Shown: piece by piece, positions 29,026 to 40,843 of the stretch
How positions within the stretch are numbered: the first letter of the stretch is position 1
Layout: the number at the start of each line of letters is the position of its first letter
Assembly: GCA_010909165.1 (NCBI GenBank)
Contig: MU008162.1
Location: 558,001 to 622,000 of the forward strand
Reading direction: 5' to 3'
DNA from: Anthoceros angustus
Taxonomy: Eukaryota > Plantae > Anthocerotophyta
DNA: 64,000 bases
Translations under genes and position numbers: made by a program
Notes under the pieces: model-generated
Database searches by the model: none
Told to the model about the DNA's origin: nothing
Seen by the model: only the letters and a program-made list of their open reading frames with translations

Positions 29026-29645
29026 AGATGGCCGGCCACCAAGGAGCAATCAAGGTCGTTTCTCAGGTCACCAAATGGTATCCAGAAGAGTGCTCGGGGC
29101 CAGCTGTCGCACGTGATCCAAATCAAAAGAAGGCAGTGCACAGGAAAAGTGCTCCAAGGCAACAAAGGCAGCCCTCAAGTCTACGAACGCACTCACTATC
29201 CATGCGAGCACATCCTGTCTATGGCAACGCCATTGCTATGGCCCCAAGAACTGCAGTTGATCCGATACTCGACTTAAATGGTATCCTCCGCGATGATGGC
29301 AGTCTTGGGTCATGACAATCGTGAGAAATTCACACCTCTGTGCAAATCGTCAAACAATCTCAAAGCTCACACAAGTGCCAGCCAGATAGGAGCTCTGGAG
29401 AATATCAGGTCCAGAAAACGACATAACCAATGGGTCGATTCTACAGACATCTGTTAGTACAGAGAAACTGCCCAGCCCTTGCTAAGGGTACATTTGTATG
29501 CCATCACCTCAACCAGAAACACCTGGTTTTGGAGCCAAACGATCCAGCTGCACCAACTGCAGATTGTTTCCTCATGCTCTCGACTGGCATGAGGCCACTA
29601 CTAGCATAGACGTGCTCATTGCTAGGCGGTTAGCAAAAAGGGTGT
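29020..29645 (-). pseudogene. Degenerate partial copy of the myotubularin 3' half
   Basis: 29025-29260 resembles 14995-15250. 29450-29645 resembles 16222-16300 and 16700-16795 (e.g. ccagctgcaccaact..gattg..ctggcat.aggccact). Confidence 0.75.
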
Positions 29646-29812
29646 TGATAAATTGAAAGGACGTACATAAGTATCAAATTGCTTGGAGTTCAGTGTAAGA
29701 ACACCAGGACCTGAACGTGTGAAGACTTGGGTTCAAAATCCCAGCTGATCACCTTGATACACGGACCTCTAAGTGGCGGCAAGGCAGCATCATTTTACTT
29801 ACTTGTTACTAT

Positions 29813-30043
29813 CTCGACAGTAAATTACTTCTCATCAACTTACAGCCTACAGCTTTCTGGACAATCGACAGTAAATTACTTCTCATTCAATTCTTACAGC
29901 CTACAGCTTTCTGGACAATCGACAGTAAATTACTTCTCATTCAGTTCTTACAGCCTACAGCTTTCTGGACAATCGACAATAAATCATAGGTGTTCCACAA
30001 CCCTCTGGACAATCGACAATAAATCATAGGTGTTCCACAACCC
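29813..30043. repeat. Tandem repeats (~51-54 bp x3, then 39 bp x2)
   Basis: tcgacagtaaattacttctcat...ttacagcctacagctttctggacaa x3; ctggacaatcgacaataaatcataggtgttccacaaccc x2. Confidence 0.85.
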
Positions 30044-30087
30044 TTATACGTGTTCATTCTGTAAGATACTTTAATGCACATTGTGAA

Positions 30088-30450
30088 GGGAAGAAGAAGA
30101 AGAAGAATTTTATTTAAGTCCACTAAGGACGGATTTCCGTCATGGCACTTGGTACTTAACAACTTGTACCATGGTGTGCCTAAGCTACTTGCACCAAGGG
30201 CATCCACTCCCTTTAGGCACCCCATCTAAGTACCGATCCAAGCTCAGGATACTTTAACAACTTGTACCATGGTGTGCCTAAGCTACTTGCACCAAGGGCA
30301 TCCACTCCCTTTAGGCACCCCATCTAAGTACCGATCCAAGCTCAGGATGCTTTAACAACTTGTACCATGGTGTGCCTAAGCTACTTGCACCAAGGGCATC
30401 CACTCCCTTTAGGCACCCCATGTAAGTACCGATCCAAGCTCAGGATGCTT
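30088..30450 (-). mobile_element. Non-LTR retroelement 3' end with (TTC)n tail, followed by 98-bp x3 tandem repeat
   Basis: Minus strand ends in AATAAAA-(TTC)n, with a 3' hairpin shared with the element at 58484. The 98-bp unit starts at 30156, 30254 and 30352. Confidence 0.55.
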
Positions 30451-30679
30451 AATCACGGCGTTCTTACAAATGTGTGTCCATTTGGCCTAGGCCATTTGGA
30501 GACACATTTGGAAGGCTCTAGTGCTACTATTTCAAAGTCTCACGATCGTGATGAAGGCTCTAATTCTACTATTTCGGAGTCTCACGATCATGATAAACGA
30601 TCTTGGAATCTCCGATGCAGCAGTAAAGATCTTTTTTGGAGGATATTATTAAGGTTAATATTCGGTCTCAATATGCTTG

Positions 30680-31320
30680 AAAAGTGGGGAACGACCAATC
30701 TCGCCCTTCTATTATATTTCGTGTGCCTATGGTCTCTCAATCAAATTTACTTTCTTTCATGAACTTGTTCCCCAATTCTGCCACATGATCCGTTCCTCCC
30801 TAGCTTTCATCCCCTCTGACCTCTCCTTTCTTTCTCGGGCCGTTGCTTCCTCCTCTATTGTTCTCTCTTTTGTCCACTCTACTTTTTCTTTTAAATTCTA
30901 CCACCCCTGCAAAAATCAAGCCCACTCGCCATCCTTGGTTTGATGTCAATTGTAAGTGCATGTGCTCTTAATTACATCTTACCTTGCGCCAGCTTCACCT
31001 CCTCCTGGGTCTCATCATTCCCCCTCTACAAAGCCACCGTCAAACCTTTCCTTTCCATGAATAAGTCTTAATTCCTCTAATCTGAATACGTCTATCTTAC
31101 TTCCCTCCTCCGGTCATCTCCGAGTGGCTCTGCCTTTTGGAAGAAATTGCATACCTCCTCCCCCATATTTTGTCTCTTATAGCTTTCCTTCCCTTTTTTC
31201 CATCTTACATCGTCTCTTCTCTCTAGTTCAGATCTGTTTTTACGCTGTACTATCTTTATTCTATATGATCGTCCTATCGTCCGTTGTTATAAATAAAGTT
31301 GTTGTTGTTGTTGTTGTTGT
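30680..31320 (+). mobile_element. Probable 5'-truncated LINE remnant with (GTT)n tail
   Basis: Pyrimidine-rich decayed sequence ending in aataaataaa(gtt)n at ~31289-31320. Confidence 0.45.
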
Positions 31321-31385
31321 AGTGAAGTGGTAAAATACCACACTAGGGTCGAGACCACTTGGGTTCGGGTCCCAGCGGTCATGTT
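31315..31385 (+). pseudogene. Degenerate tRNA-His-like sequence
   Basis: gttgtagtgaagtggtaaaatacc...gggttcgggtcccagcggtca retains A-box and B-box-like motifs and the plant tRNA-His ends. Confidence 0.45.
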
Positions 31386-31469
31386 GCTGCGATAGGCTCA
31401 TTGGAAGTCTTTGATCCGATCAATACTTTTCATGAACTATTTTCTCTCTGCAAAGTAAACTGCGTTGAT

Positions 31470-33880
31470 CCATAGTTGCAGGTGGTGGGGACTCTTGCAG
31501 TCTATATGCTGTCCCGCACACTCTCTGAGGAGACTTCTGCCATGTGCACAGAGCTAACATCCTCTATCCAATCCTTCCCAAGCTGCTGCTATGACTCCTT
31601 GTGTCAGGAATTTGAAAGGGGAATCCGATGTCTTTGTCTTTTCTCTTCAAAAAATCGTAGTCGACTATCTGGACAGAAAACGGCATTCATCATGCAGTCG
31701 CAGGAGGTGGCATTTTGGTGGTGGCTGCAGGAAGCCGGCTGGACCATCTGAAACCTTGGGATTGCTCCATCCTGCTATGCACGTTATGGCTGCAGGAGAG
31801 CCCATTCTTCTCATCTTGGCAATCCTTGTTTGGTCCTAGCATTTTCACCACTGGTGGGGTCATCGTTCTATGGCCTGCGTCATTTCGAACCGGCATTTCA
31901 TCTCCAGGACGGATGGATGGACGTTATGTGAGCAGGTGAAGCTTACTGAGGCCTTCGGGGCCCTGGAATGTCTGGCGCAGACAGACTGTGCTGTTTCTCC
32001 GTCTCTGTTTTATCTTGTGCTGGAACTCATGAGTACAGCTGAGGAAGATGTGGATTCGAAGCGACTTCATGACCTCACGGAATCGTATCGTCTTGGTGGC
32101 TGGCCTTCTTCCTTGTACATTTGCCACCGACTTGGAATCCAGCAGAAAAGGTCGCTGTGGTGTGTTGCACAGTCACTGGGGCCCGGTCAATGTCATTGCC
32201 TTCTCCTTTGCCCAGGCTGGGTGCAGTCCGTGGAGCCCCAAGATGAGGCAAGTGGCAGAGATGACCCACGAGGCCTCGCAGTCTCTAGACTGAGAACACT
32301 TCTGCCGGACAAACCTCCCTCAAGGCTGACATCTCCATCCAATCCTTTCCAGGCTGCTGCTGTGGCTCCCCTTGTGCCAGGAATTTAAAAGGGGAATTCA
32401 ATCTCTCTGTTTTTCATGGTTGATTTTATACCTATTAGCTCTGTAAGGAGTTACAACTCTTGTGCAGGCTGTAGTATGGTGGTTAGAATTTTTACCTGCG
32501 ACGGAAGAGATCAGAGTACAAATCCCAGCGGCCGTATTGCAAACATGTGATCAGAGGACGTTGATTTTACTGTTTATGAACCTATCGTCGCAGATGGCGG
32601 GGTGGACGCCTTTCGGTTGCAGATCGCTCTATCAACATCTTGCTGGTTTCACACTACAACTCTTGCAAGCATGTCGGACTATAATGTGAAAAGAGTATAC
32701 TACCTGATATGATACGCTCAGCATTGCTTGTCCGTCACTCACCTACTGTCGAGCTTTGTGCCTAGAGTTGGAGAACTTATCTGACGCCTTGTCATGAAAC
32801 ACATAATGGTGAAGTAGCAAGTCCTGCTGCAGCTGTAGCCGGAATCGCTTTCTTTCATTCACAGTGCTGTGAAACGGTGAGCTGCCTGCCGTTGGCAGAC
32901 AAGGTCATGCTAGGCTTTCGGTTCTAACCAGCAGCATTTGGCCATGGGGCAGACCCTATGTTAGAGGTAGTTTTCCAGCATGCCCACACAATACATCACT
33001 CAAAACTGGCTCCCGCCCTGAAGAAGATCTTCACCATGCAAGGTTGCTGGACCTGATAGATGGACGGTATGTAACCAAAGCAATACGTTGTCCAATGTAA
33101 GGGCCGTTGTGAATGTAGTCTAGAAGCAAGGATACCCCCTGCGACAGGACGGGCTTGGGTTCGAACCTCATCAGCCACATGCATCGCCATAGGCCGTTCC
33201 CTTCTTTTATCACAAAGTTGCAAGAGGTCGGGGGACGCCTCTCGTCTGCCTATGGCTTTATCAACAACCTGCGTGTCGGGCTTGGGGATCGGGCTGCTCC
33301 TCCTTTCAAGGGCTCTGCTCATGGGGAAGGTATCCGCCCAGTCCTACTTCCACGACTTATGAGCTATAAGAACGTCGAGGAGTCGATGGTGGCGTGGCTG
33401 TACATCGCCATGCTGTAGTTTTCCCAGGCATCTCACTGGCGACCGAAGATGAGGCAAGTGGCAGGGATGATTAGGGTTTAGGGCTGCTTCATTAGGCAGT
33501 CTACATGCTTTCCCGCACTCCATGAGCTGCATACTTCTCCCACACAAACCTGACATCTTCCATCAAATCCTTCCCAAGCTGCTGCTGTTGCTTCCCCTAC
33601 GCTTGTGTCAGAAATTCAAAAAGGGAATTCCTAAGCTTCTCATGCGTGGCTTGATATGGTTCACGTGTGTTGTAACACACATTTGTCAGTCTTTGCCCTG
33701 TGAACTTCGTGTCTCTCTTCTGATCCCTTACCGATTGGCCTCATAAACTTGATGACTACCTTTCATGAACCTATCGTTGCAGGTGGCGGGGTGGACGCCT
33801 TTCGGTTCCGGATGGCTCTATCATGAACATCTTGCTGGTTTCACACTACAAACTCTTGCAAGCGTGTCGGACTATGATTT
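31470..33880 (+). pseudogene. Several decayed fragments of LRR-III RLK exon 2
   Basis: 33340-33560 (LMSYKNVEESMVAWLYIAML..PKMRQVA, caaacctgacat) parallels 28050-28375. 32590-32680 and 33780-33875 parallel the exon-2 start and NILL..VSD. 32020-32270 retains LELMS..PKMRQVAEM. Confidence 0.75.
32464..32536 (+). pseudogene. Degenerate tRNA-His-like sequence
   Basis: gcaggctgtagtatggtggttagaatt...gagatcagagtacaaatcccagcggccg resembles plant tRNA-His(GTG), but the anticodon and T arms are broken. Confidence 0.5.
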
Positions 33881-34329
33881 GAATAGATCAGCCTGCTATG
33901 AAGTCATATATGCCTGATGAGAAGTCATAAAACGTAAATAGAGTGTTTCGATAGAGCTTTGGGTTGTCCCCGGCGGACATGGCGACGACGGCCGTTGCTG
34001 GGCCTCCTCTTTGTGGGTGCTCTGATATTTGGTAAGCACAGCGTGCTCGTGTGATGCATAGTGGCATAATTTCGTACTAGCTTGTTTGTCGGCGACTACC
34101 TATTGAGCATGTATGCACTCCAGGTTCTGGGCTCTGTGGGCAGCATACATATGGCCACAAGGAGAAGTGACTGGAAATTCCTGATAACTGGCATGGGTAT
34201 GCAAAATGTGTGAACTGAAGATGCATGCACTTGTTTGACGGCACGGCCACAAAGGATGCAGCACTGCCTGGGGCTCGGGCATGAAGCACTTGTTCTGAAT
34301 GTAAAAGCGGGGCAGGAGGCTGCTTCTAA

Positions 34330-36170
34330 GCACTGTCACCATTTTCTAGTGATGCATGGCATTGCACACACTTTGTGGGGCGACGAGTGCATGATCTCAG
34401 TGTCAGACTAGGATACGAGTGGAATGCAGTGTCATGTTCATATGGTGTAAACGCTGAACATCGGCCCTTACTGCGGAGTCTGAGCCCAGCAGCTTGACGC
34501 GAGCAATGTCTTGGCAGCATTTCGATCTGGGTCTGCGAGCAAAGATACAATATTGTGCTGGAATGTACTTTTCCATGTCAGGGAAAGCTTTGGCAATTGC
34601 CTTCCCCGACATCCTTTCTCCAAGGATGTCAGGGAAAGCATTCCAAGTCATCTTTTTCCAAGGATGTTGTGACTTGGAAAGCGTCTGTTATCTGAGTATT
34701 CAAAAAATGTGGTGAACTGGGTTCTTGTGGTGACATGGGAATCCTTGATAACTGGGTATGCCGAACAAACTTGGTGAGCTGAAAGATCCACGCAGGGTGG
34801 CCTGTTAAGAAAGCTTTCTCCTCTCACACTTTGAACATGTGACCGATTACAATTGCGTTTTCCTCGCAGTACTATACTCTGCAATACCGTACAATGCAGG
34901 CTCTGCATGGGTAAAGCCGCACTTCCAAGCATCGTGTGTCTGTCGAGCAGAGTTAGTGATGAATTCAGTGTTTGGATAATTGCCCCGCGATCGCAAATCC
35001 CGAGGGGGATTAAGAGATCTCTCTGTGATAAACATGCCCTGCTCTTAGTGCTGTGATTTGCAACTCCTGTGAAAGGGACGTTGCATTTTCCTGCAAGCAT
35101 GTGATTGAGGCAAGGTAGGGATTTTGGAAATTGAGTTACGGTGGTGCGATTCTAAGGCCAGGTTCCTATGGTTTCCAGAAGCAGCACGTTTCCTCATACT
35201 GAGCGCATGGTTAGAATGTAGAATGTATGGCCCTGCTTGCTGTAGGCAAAAGGGCTGGAGCAAGAATTGCGCCTTGTTCCCTCGTGTGAGTCACATAGTC
35301 AGCACCTGTGACGATATACCTCTTCATGTGGAGTAAGGCGTACAGCAGACTCATAAGATCAGAGCAGGTATGTGTTAGAATGAGCATTGGAGCATGGCAG
35401 GCACGTGCCTTGAGTGTGCAGTGAATGAGTGAGTGTGAAGCCTCTTGCAGTACATGAGGCTCGCCATGTACTGTGTGAGTTGAGTGACCCCGAGAGTGAT
35501 TGGTACCTGACTGGTAGCAGCTATTGTGGAGCCTGATAGCCATCAAAGCTTCTTGTGAAGCCTCTTTTCTGATTGGTAGCAGCTGTTGTGAAGCCTGATA
35601 GCCATCAAGCCTCTTGTGAAGCCTCTTTTCTGACTGGTAGCAGTGTCGTGAAGCCTGATAGCCATCATGCCTCTTGTGAAGCCTCTTTTCTGAGGGTTGG
35701 TCCCGTAGATGACAGAAGCCTCCTGGTTTGAGCCGAGTTCTGAAAGGTGCATGCCAGGCGGACCGCTGGGTGACGTATTGGGCAGCTGCCTGGTGGCCAA
35801 ATATGCAGAATGTGAAGCCTTGGTTCTGGGTATGGAAAATGTGGAGGACTGGAAGTTCCACGAGCTTTGTGATGTGTTCGAGGTGGGCTTTCTAGTAGTT
35901 TGTTTGTTCGCAGCCCTGATGGACATGCACGGAAAGTTTGGTCATGGAACTGCATCGAACTGGGATTCCAACGGACTGTAGGCGTGAACCTGGCAGACGT
36001 GCTGGATAGGGAGTGGGGGTCGTAATAGCTGGAACTTAGAGAGCATGTTATGCCAGGACGGGAAACTTTCTGAGGCTGTTGGAGCCGTTGAATCTCTGGC
36101 GCAGAAAGGCTCTGTTCGTTTGTGAATCTCTCCTTGATTGTGTGCCAAAGCTGTGTACAGCTGGGAAGGA
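34330..36170 (+). pseudogene. Degenerate PLS-PPR gene fragments
   Basis: Remnants GRRVHDLSVRLGYE, VVTWESLITGYA, ALMDMHGKFG and MLCQDGKLSEAVGAVESLAQKG, with stops and frameshifts; homologous to the PPRs at 46 kb and 62-63 kb. Confidence 0.7.
35505..35695. repeat. ~58-bp tandem repeat x3
   Basis: gtgaagcctgatagccatca.gcctcttgtgaagcctcttttctga.tggtagcag repeated. Confidence 0.85.
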
Positions 36171-36305
36171 TGTGGGGAAACAGAATGTGATGATTGGTGG
36201 GTGGTCCAATCTGAATGACGTAAGTTGCAATGCAAAATAGCTTGGTTGGTTGGTTACTCAAGAGTGTCGAGTCTGTCCATACCTTGGTGAACCTCGTCTG
36301 TCTCT

Positions 36306-38846
36306 TCACAACAGCGTAGTAGAGCCAGGATACTCCACCGCCACCATGACCCAGCAAGAGCAAACATCTTCTGGGTAAACAGTGATCTTCACCCGAACTG
36401 CAAAATTCACCAGGTCCCCTCGCATCTCCAGCAGATGCTGGAACTCGGGATCCCCACAGAGCTGCCCCATCAACTTCCTGGGCGACAGGTGGTTGAAGTG
36501 CAGTGGAATGCCCTTGAAAACATGTCTCTTCGGAATCTGCATGAAACCAAAACACAAGATATGTACCACTTCTCGCAGCCGTGTGCCAGACCCTGCAAGC
36601 GCACTACATTCCAAGCTTACCGCCCTGGTGATGCCCTGCTGAAACTCCTCGTGCTTCAGGGGCCCGCCGAAGATGGCCTCCTGCTCATACGCAACTAGGG
36701 CGGGCATCAGCAGCCTGGAGAGCTTCTTGCTCCAGGACGACGGCATCCGCAGCTTCTGCCTGGCAGGACATCCACACAATCAGCCTCCCGTACGTCACCT
36801 CCCCCGAACCCTAACCCTAAACGCCAAGATGCTTCCTCCATGCCCAACCGAACCTGTACTCGGTGATCATCATCCTCAGAAACCCCTCCAGCTTCTCCTC
36901 CTGCGCGAACGCCTTCAGCGACGGCACCTGGAACGCCACCCCAGGCGTCCTAAGCGGCGCGGCCGCCCTGTCCAGCGGCAGACACTTCCAATGCTGCTCA
37001 TTCTCCAGATCCAGGAAACACTCCTGCAGCGCGTCCGAGAACTGCACGTTGGCGTAGAACCGCTGGTGGTTGAAGACGCAGCTCAAAGACCTGTACGGCA
37101 CCTCCATCTGCGGATCCTTCTCCCCCCAAACCCCCAGAGCATACCGCTGCCCGGTGAGGCTCTCCCAGAAGATCACGTCCCCGGAACCTCCCGGCCTGGT
37201 CATCACCCACACCCGCCGCCCTTCGAGTCCCGCCCGATGCACACGAACGCGTCCAGCCCAAACCCTAGCAGCAGATTGCACAGCAGCACGGCATGGTCCT
37301 CCTGGTCCCGCTCCCGCGCCAGAAACGTGTGCATGTTGCTCCAGCTCTCCACCCCGGCCGCCCCTGCCCCTCCTCGTGCTCCAGCAGGCTCACGAACCTC
37401 GCCGCCTCGGCAGGCGAGCCAAGCATCCTCCCGCGCTCACCGGCTGCAGGTAGCAGCACACCGGCCTCGCCTGCCGCACCTCGCTCAACGCCAGCACCTT
37501 CACCAGCCGCGTAGAGTGCGCCTCCCGCATCTGCAGATACTCCCGCCACCACACCTTGGCTACGGCGATGAAGCCCGCGATGCTCTCGCCCGCTGCGCCT
37601 GCTCCTTCTCCAGCTGCGAAGCCACCCGCGCCGGAGCCAGCGGCTGCAGCCCGTTGCACGCCCGCAGCTCCACGTCCATCTCCACCCTCCCTGCATTGCA
37701 AGCGAGCCATCACGTGAGCCCCGGTCACGTGACTTGCCATCACGTGAGGTCGGGTCACGTGACGCCCGGTCAGGCAGCAAGAATTGTTGTCCTTACCTCC
37801 GACAACAGCCGCAGCGGTGGCAGGGGAGCTCGACCCGGCGCCGAGCATGAGGAGCTCCACAGACAGGCTCTCGAGGCCGCAGCAGAGGACGCGTCTCCAT
37901 TCCACGGACGCGCTTCCCAGAAGCTTCCTGTCGCCGCCGGGCTTGACGCGAACAGCGACCATGTGGATGGGATGCGGGATCTGGAGGAGCTCTTCTTCCG
38001 GCTTGGCGCGGGCGTTGTTGGATCTGGAGAGCTCGAGGACGAAGGTGTCGGCGAAGGCGGGGTTGGCGGCGGCGGGGACGGGCTTGGAGATGAATCTCTG
38101 GCCGCAGAAGCAGACGCTGAGGAGGAACACGTCTCCGGCACCAGCGGGATGGAAGTGGCGGCCGCCGTGGAGGCGGAGGAAGACGTAGCTCTTGTCCGGA
38201 CGGAGGCCGGCCGTGGCGGCCGTGTCGGATCCGGAGCCACGGCAGCTCCCGAGCGTGAGATGCCGAGGCCTTGCTCCCCGCGCTGCTGCTGCTGGTGCTC
38301 CAGCTTCACGCTGGGGTGGAGCTTAGGGTTTCTGATTCCGGCGCAGGAGCTCTTGGGGATGTGCACCGAGAGGATGTCGGCGGGCATGGCGGCGGCGGCC
38401 GAGCCGCGGCCCAGGATGTTGGCGTCGTGCTCGTTCCAGCCGGAGAAGAAGCTCTCCACGTCGAAGCCCGGGCGCTGCTGGAGCCAGCGCTCCGCCCCCG
38501 CCGAATCCTGGCGGTGCGGAGTCGGGTTGCAACTGCGAGCTTGTGCTTCCGCTTGGCAATGCGCCTGCTGCTGCTGCTGCTCGTCTTGCTCGCTCTGGAG
38601 GGCCTCATAGCTGAGCACCAGGCTGTCCACGGTCGTCTGCTCCCGCAGCGACTTGATGAAGTCCTGGATGATGCCCTTCTTGCGCAGCAGCGTGAGGACG
38701 TCATCGCGCCCGGCAGGGCCCGATTCCTTGCTCCCTTCCGAGGCCGAGAGCGCCTCCTGGATGTGCGACCGGATCCCGAACGACTGCAGGTGCCCCTGGA
38801 TCACTTGCCGCAGAGCCGCGATGTTGGGCGGGTTCCCGCTGTTCAT
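36306..38846 (-). CDS. CEP76: Centrosomal protein CEP76 homologue (C2 + transglutaminase-like domains); several apparent 1-nt frameshifts
   Basis: LRQVIQGHL..LLRKKGIIQD; YVFLRLHGG..GQRFISKPVP..PAF; SVEWRRVL; AKVWWREYLQMR..RLVKV; AARFVSLL; EDHAVLLCNLLLGFGLDAFVCIG; WVMT..FWESLTGQRY; PYRSLSCVFNHQRFYANVQ; EEFQQGI..FKGIPLHF; AVRVKITVYPEDVCSCWVM. Confidence 0.88.
37710..37762. promoter_or_regulatory. Four TCACGTGA (G-box) palindromes at exact 15-bp spacing inside a CEP76 intron
   Basis: TCACGTGA starts at 37710, 37725, 37740 and 37755; the spacers diverge. Confidence 0.5.
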
Positions 38847-39959
38847 CCCCTCGCCCTGGCCCTCAGGCTGCTCCTTCCTCTCTTCATGGGATCACCCGCT
38901 TCGGGCGTGAACGCCATGGCAGTTGCTGACAGTTGAGCGTGCCCGCTTCCGCTGACATTCCACCCACCGTTCCCCCTCTTTTCTAATTGGAAACGGGGAT
39001 TTTTCTCTCCGGGACTCTCAAGTCTGAAAATTTGAACCCTGTCGACAACCTAAACCATTGGGTTACCCGGCGTCAATTGAATTTCCCAACAAGGATTTTA
39101 AGGAAATATTTTTTGTCACATGTTTTTGAAATTCAATTCATTCGAAGAACTCATAGTTGCCTCAAGGGTCGACCTAAATAGAAACACTCGAAAAATGAGA
39201 TAGTTTGTTTTCTCTGCATGCTAGGTAGTATCCTACTGATGGCCCCCAGCCGCTAGCGGCACCCTGACAAGAATAATTGTTAGTTAGTACCTTAAAGGGC
39301 AGTTCGTTATGCTCCATGTGTATAGTACCATAAAATATATGCCGGATGGTGAAAGAGTCACCCATATTCGAACTTGTAAAGTTTGAGGAGAGGGTAGAAG
39401 GACCGAAATTGTGAACATATCAAAAGCAAGGTGCTCACACCTTCCATATTATAATACTGTAGTTGATAATGGTTTTGATTGGCTTTGTAATGCAACTATG
39501 TGATACAAAATGTGAGGCCCAAAAGGATCCATGAGAAGTACACACTACCAGTGCCCGCATAATTTAGCTATAACTAAGACTTCGTGACTTCAGTGCGAGC
39601 AAAATTGCGTAAAACATTCCATTCATCAAGCCCGCTCAGACATGGTCCCTTGGCTACAAAGTGGCACATAAGTGACTCAAATAGAGGTTTCTCAGGTGCT
39701 TGGCACAAAATATTGGATGCATCTAATATGACCATAGGAAAAAAATATTGTACGAAAAATATCTGAATATATCATATTTGATATATTTTAAAAATATGTA
39801 AAAAGAATATATGTACAACTAGGTTCTATAGTACCAAGGAACCAGATATATAAAAATTATATTCTTTAATACACCACCGGCAAGTACTTTCTTGTCTGTT
39901 ATGTCCTCAGGCATACAGCATGGCTATTTCCTCCCCTTCTTCATGGCATTTTTCGGACG

Positions 39960-40100
39960 GCGCGTTTCTATCGGCCTTCAACGGGTTTTGCAACAGCGAT
40001 CCTGCATGCGCGTTTCTATCGGCCTTCAACAGATTTCGCAAGGGCGATCCTACGTGCATTTCTATCGGCCTTCAACGGGTTTCGCAACAGCGATCCTTCA
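39960..40100. repeat. ~47-bp imperfect tandem repeat x3
   Basis: tttctatcggccttcaac(g/a)g...gcgatcct recurs three times. Confidence 0.75.
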
Positions 40101-40843
40101 CAAGGTGACGACAGCAGGTCATGTATCCTCCTCTTCCTCCGTTGTGTATAGGCCGCTTACGTTATCTGCATATGATATTGTTGGTACCACATGTGACTAT
40201 AGGTAGGGGACTTAGTTGCTCCTTTTTACCTCAACCCTTGGGTTCTTCCCTTGTTGTTCTATGCTGGATGAGCTCTCCCCATCATTTTTTTTCTCCCTCA
40301 ATAAAATTTCTATTTTCTTTTATATCTATATATTGCTTTTTTACCTCTATCCATATTGACTCCCTTTCTATCTCGGTTCCCTACATAATATGTACCATTG
40401 TTTTCCAAAGGAACCAAGAAAGTCGTGTATTACGAATCGAATCATGGGACGCAGCAAGCGTGACCAGAGGGCTGGTACGAAAGTCGTTGTGGATGGCTTG
40501 GTGAACTTGGTTGATGGGAAGTATGGCATGGATGAGGCTCGGGGGCTGGAATATTGCTTGTTTTTTGCGGATGAGGCCAGGGGGACCGCACATCGGTCTA
40601 TCCACAGCTTCCTGTTCCACGCGGCGTTTCCTCATACGTCGATTCGCCCAGCTATTTTCCACATGGTTTTCCCGGAACTCACTAAAACTGAGACGTCTCG
40701 TTGCAGCCACAAACCCACCTGCGCTGCCACTTCTCCCGCACACTGAAGAGGAGCTGGTGCAGCTAGAGGAGGAGGAAGAGCAGGAGCAAGGGCAGGAAGA
40801 ATCGAGGGGAATTGCGGCAGCGCAGCTCGAAGCTCTCGCAGCC

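Noticed and set aside
29813-30450. Regular repeats that might suggest a CRISPR array
   Set aside because: Head-to-tail tandem units without unique spacers, eukaryotic context and no cas genes; the same applies to the arrays at 51.0 and 58.9 kb.
36673-38610. 645-aa plus-strand ORF
   Set aside because: GC-rich antisense shadow of CEP76; low-complexity translation.
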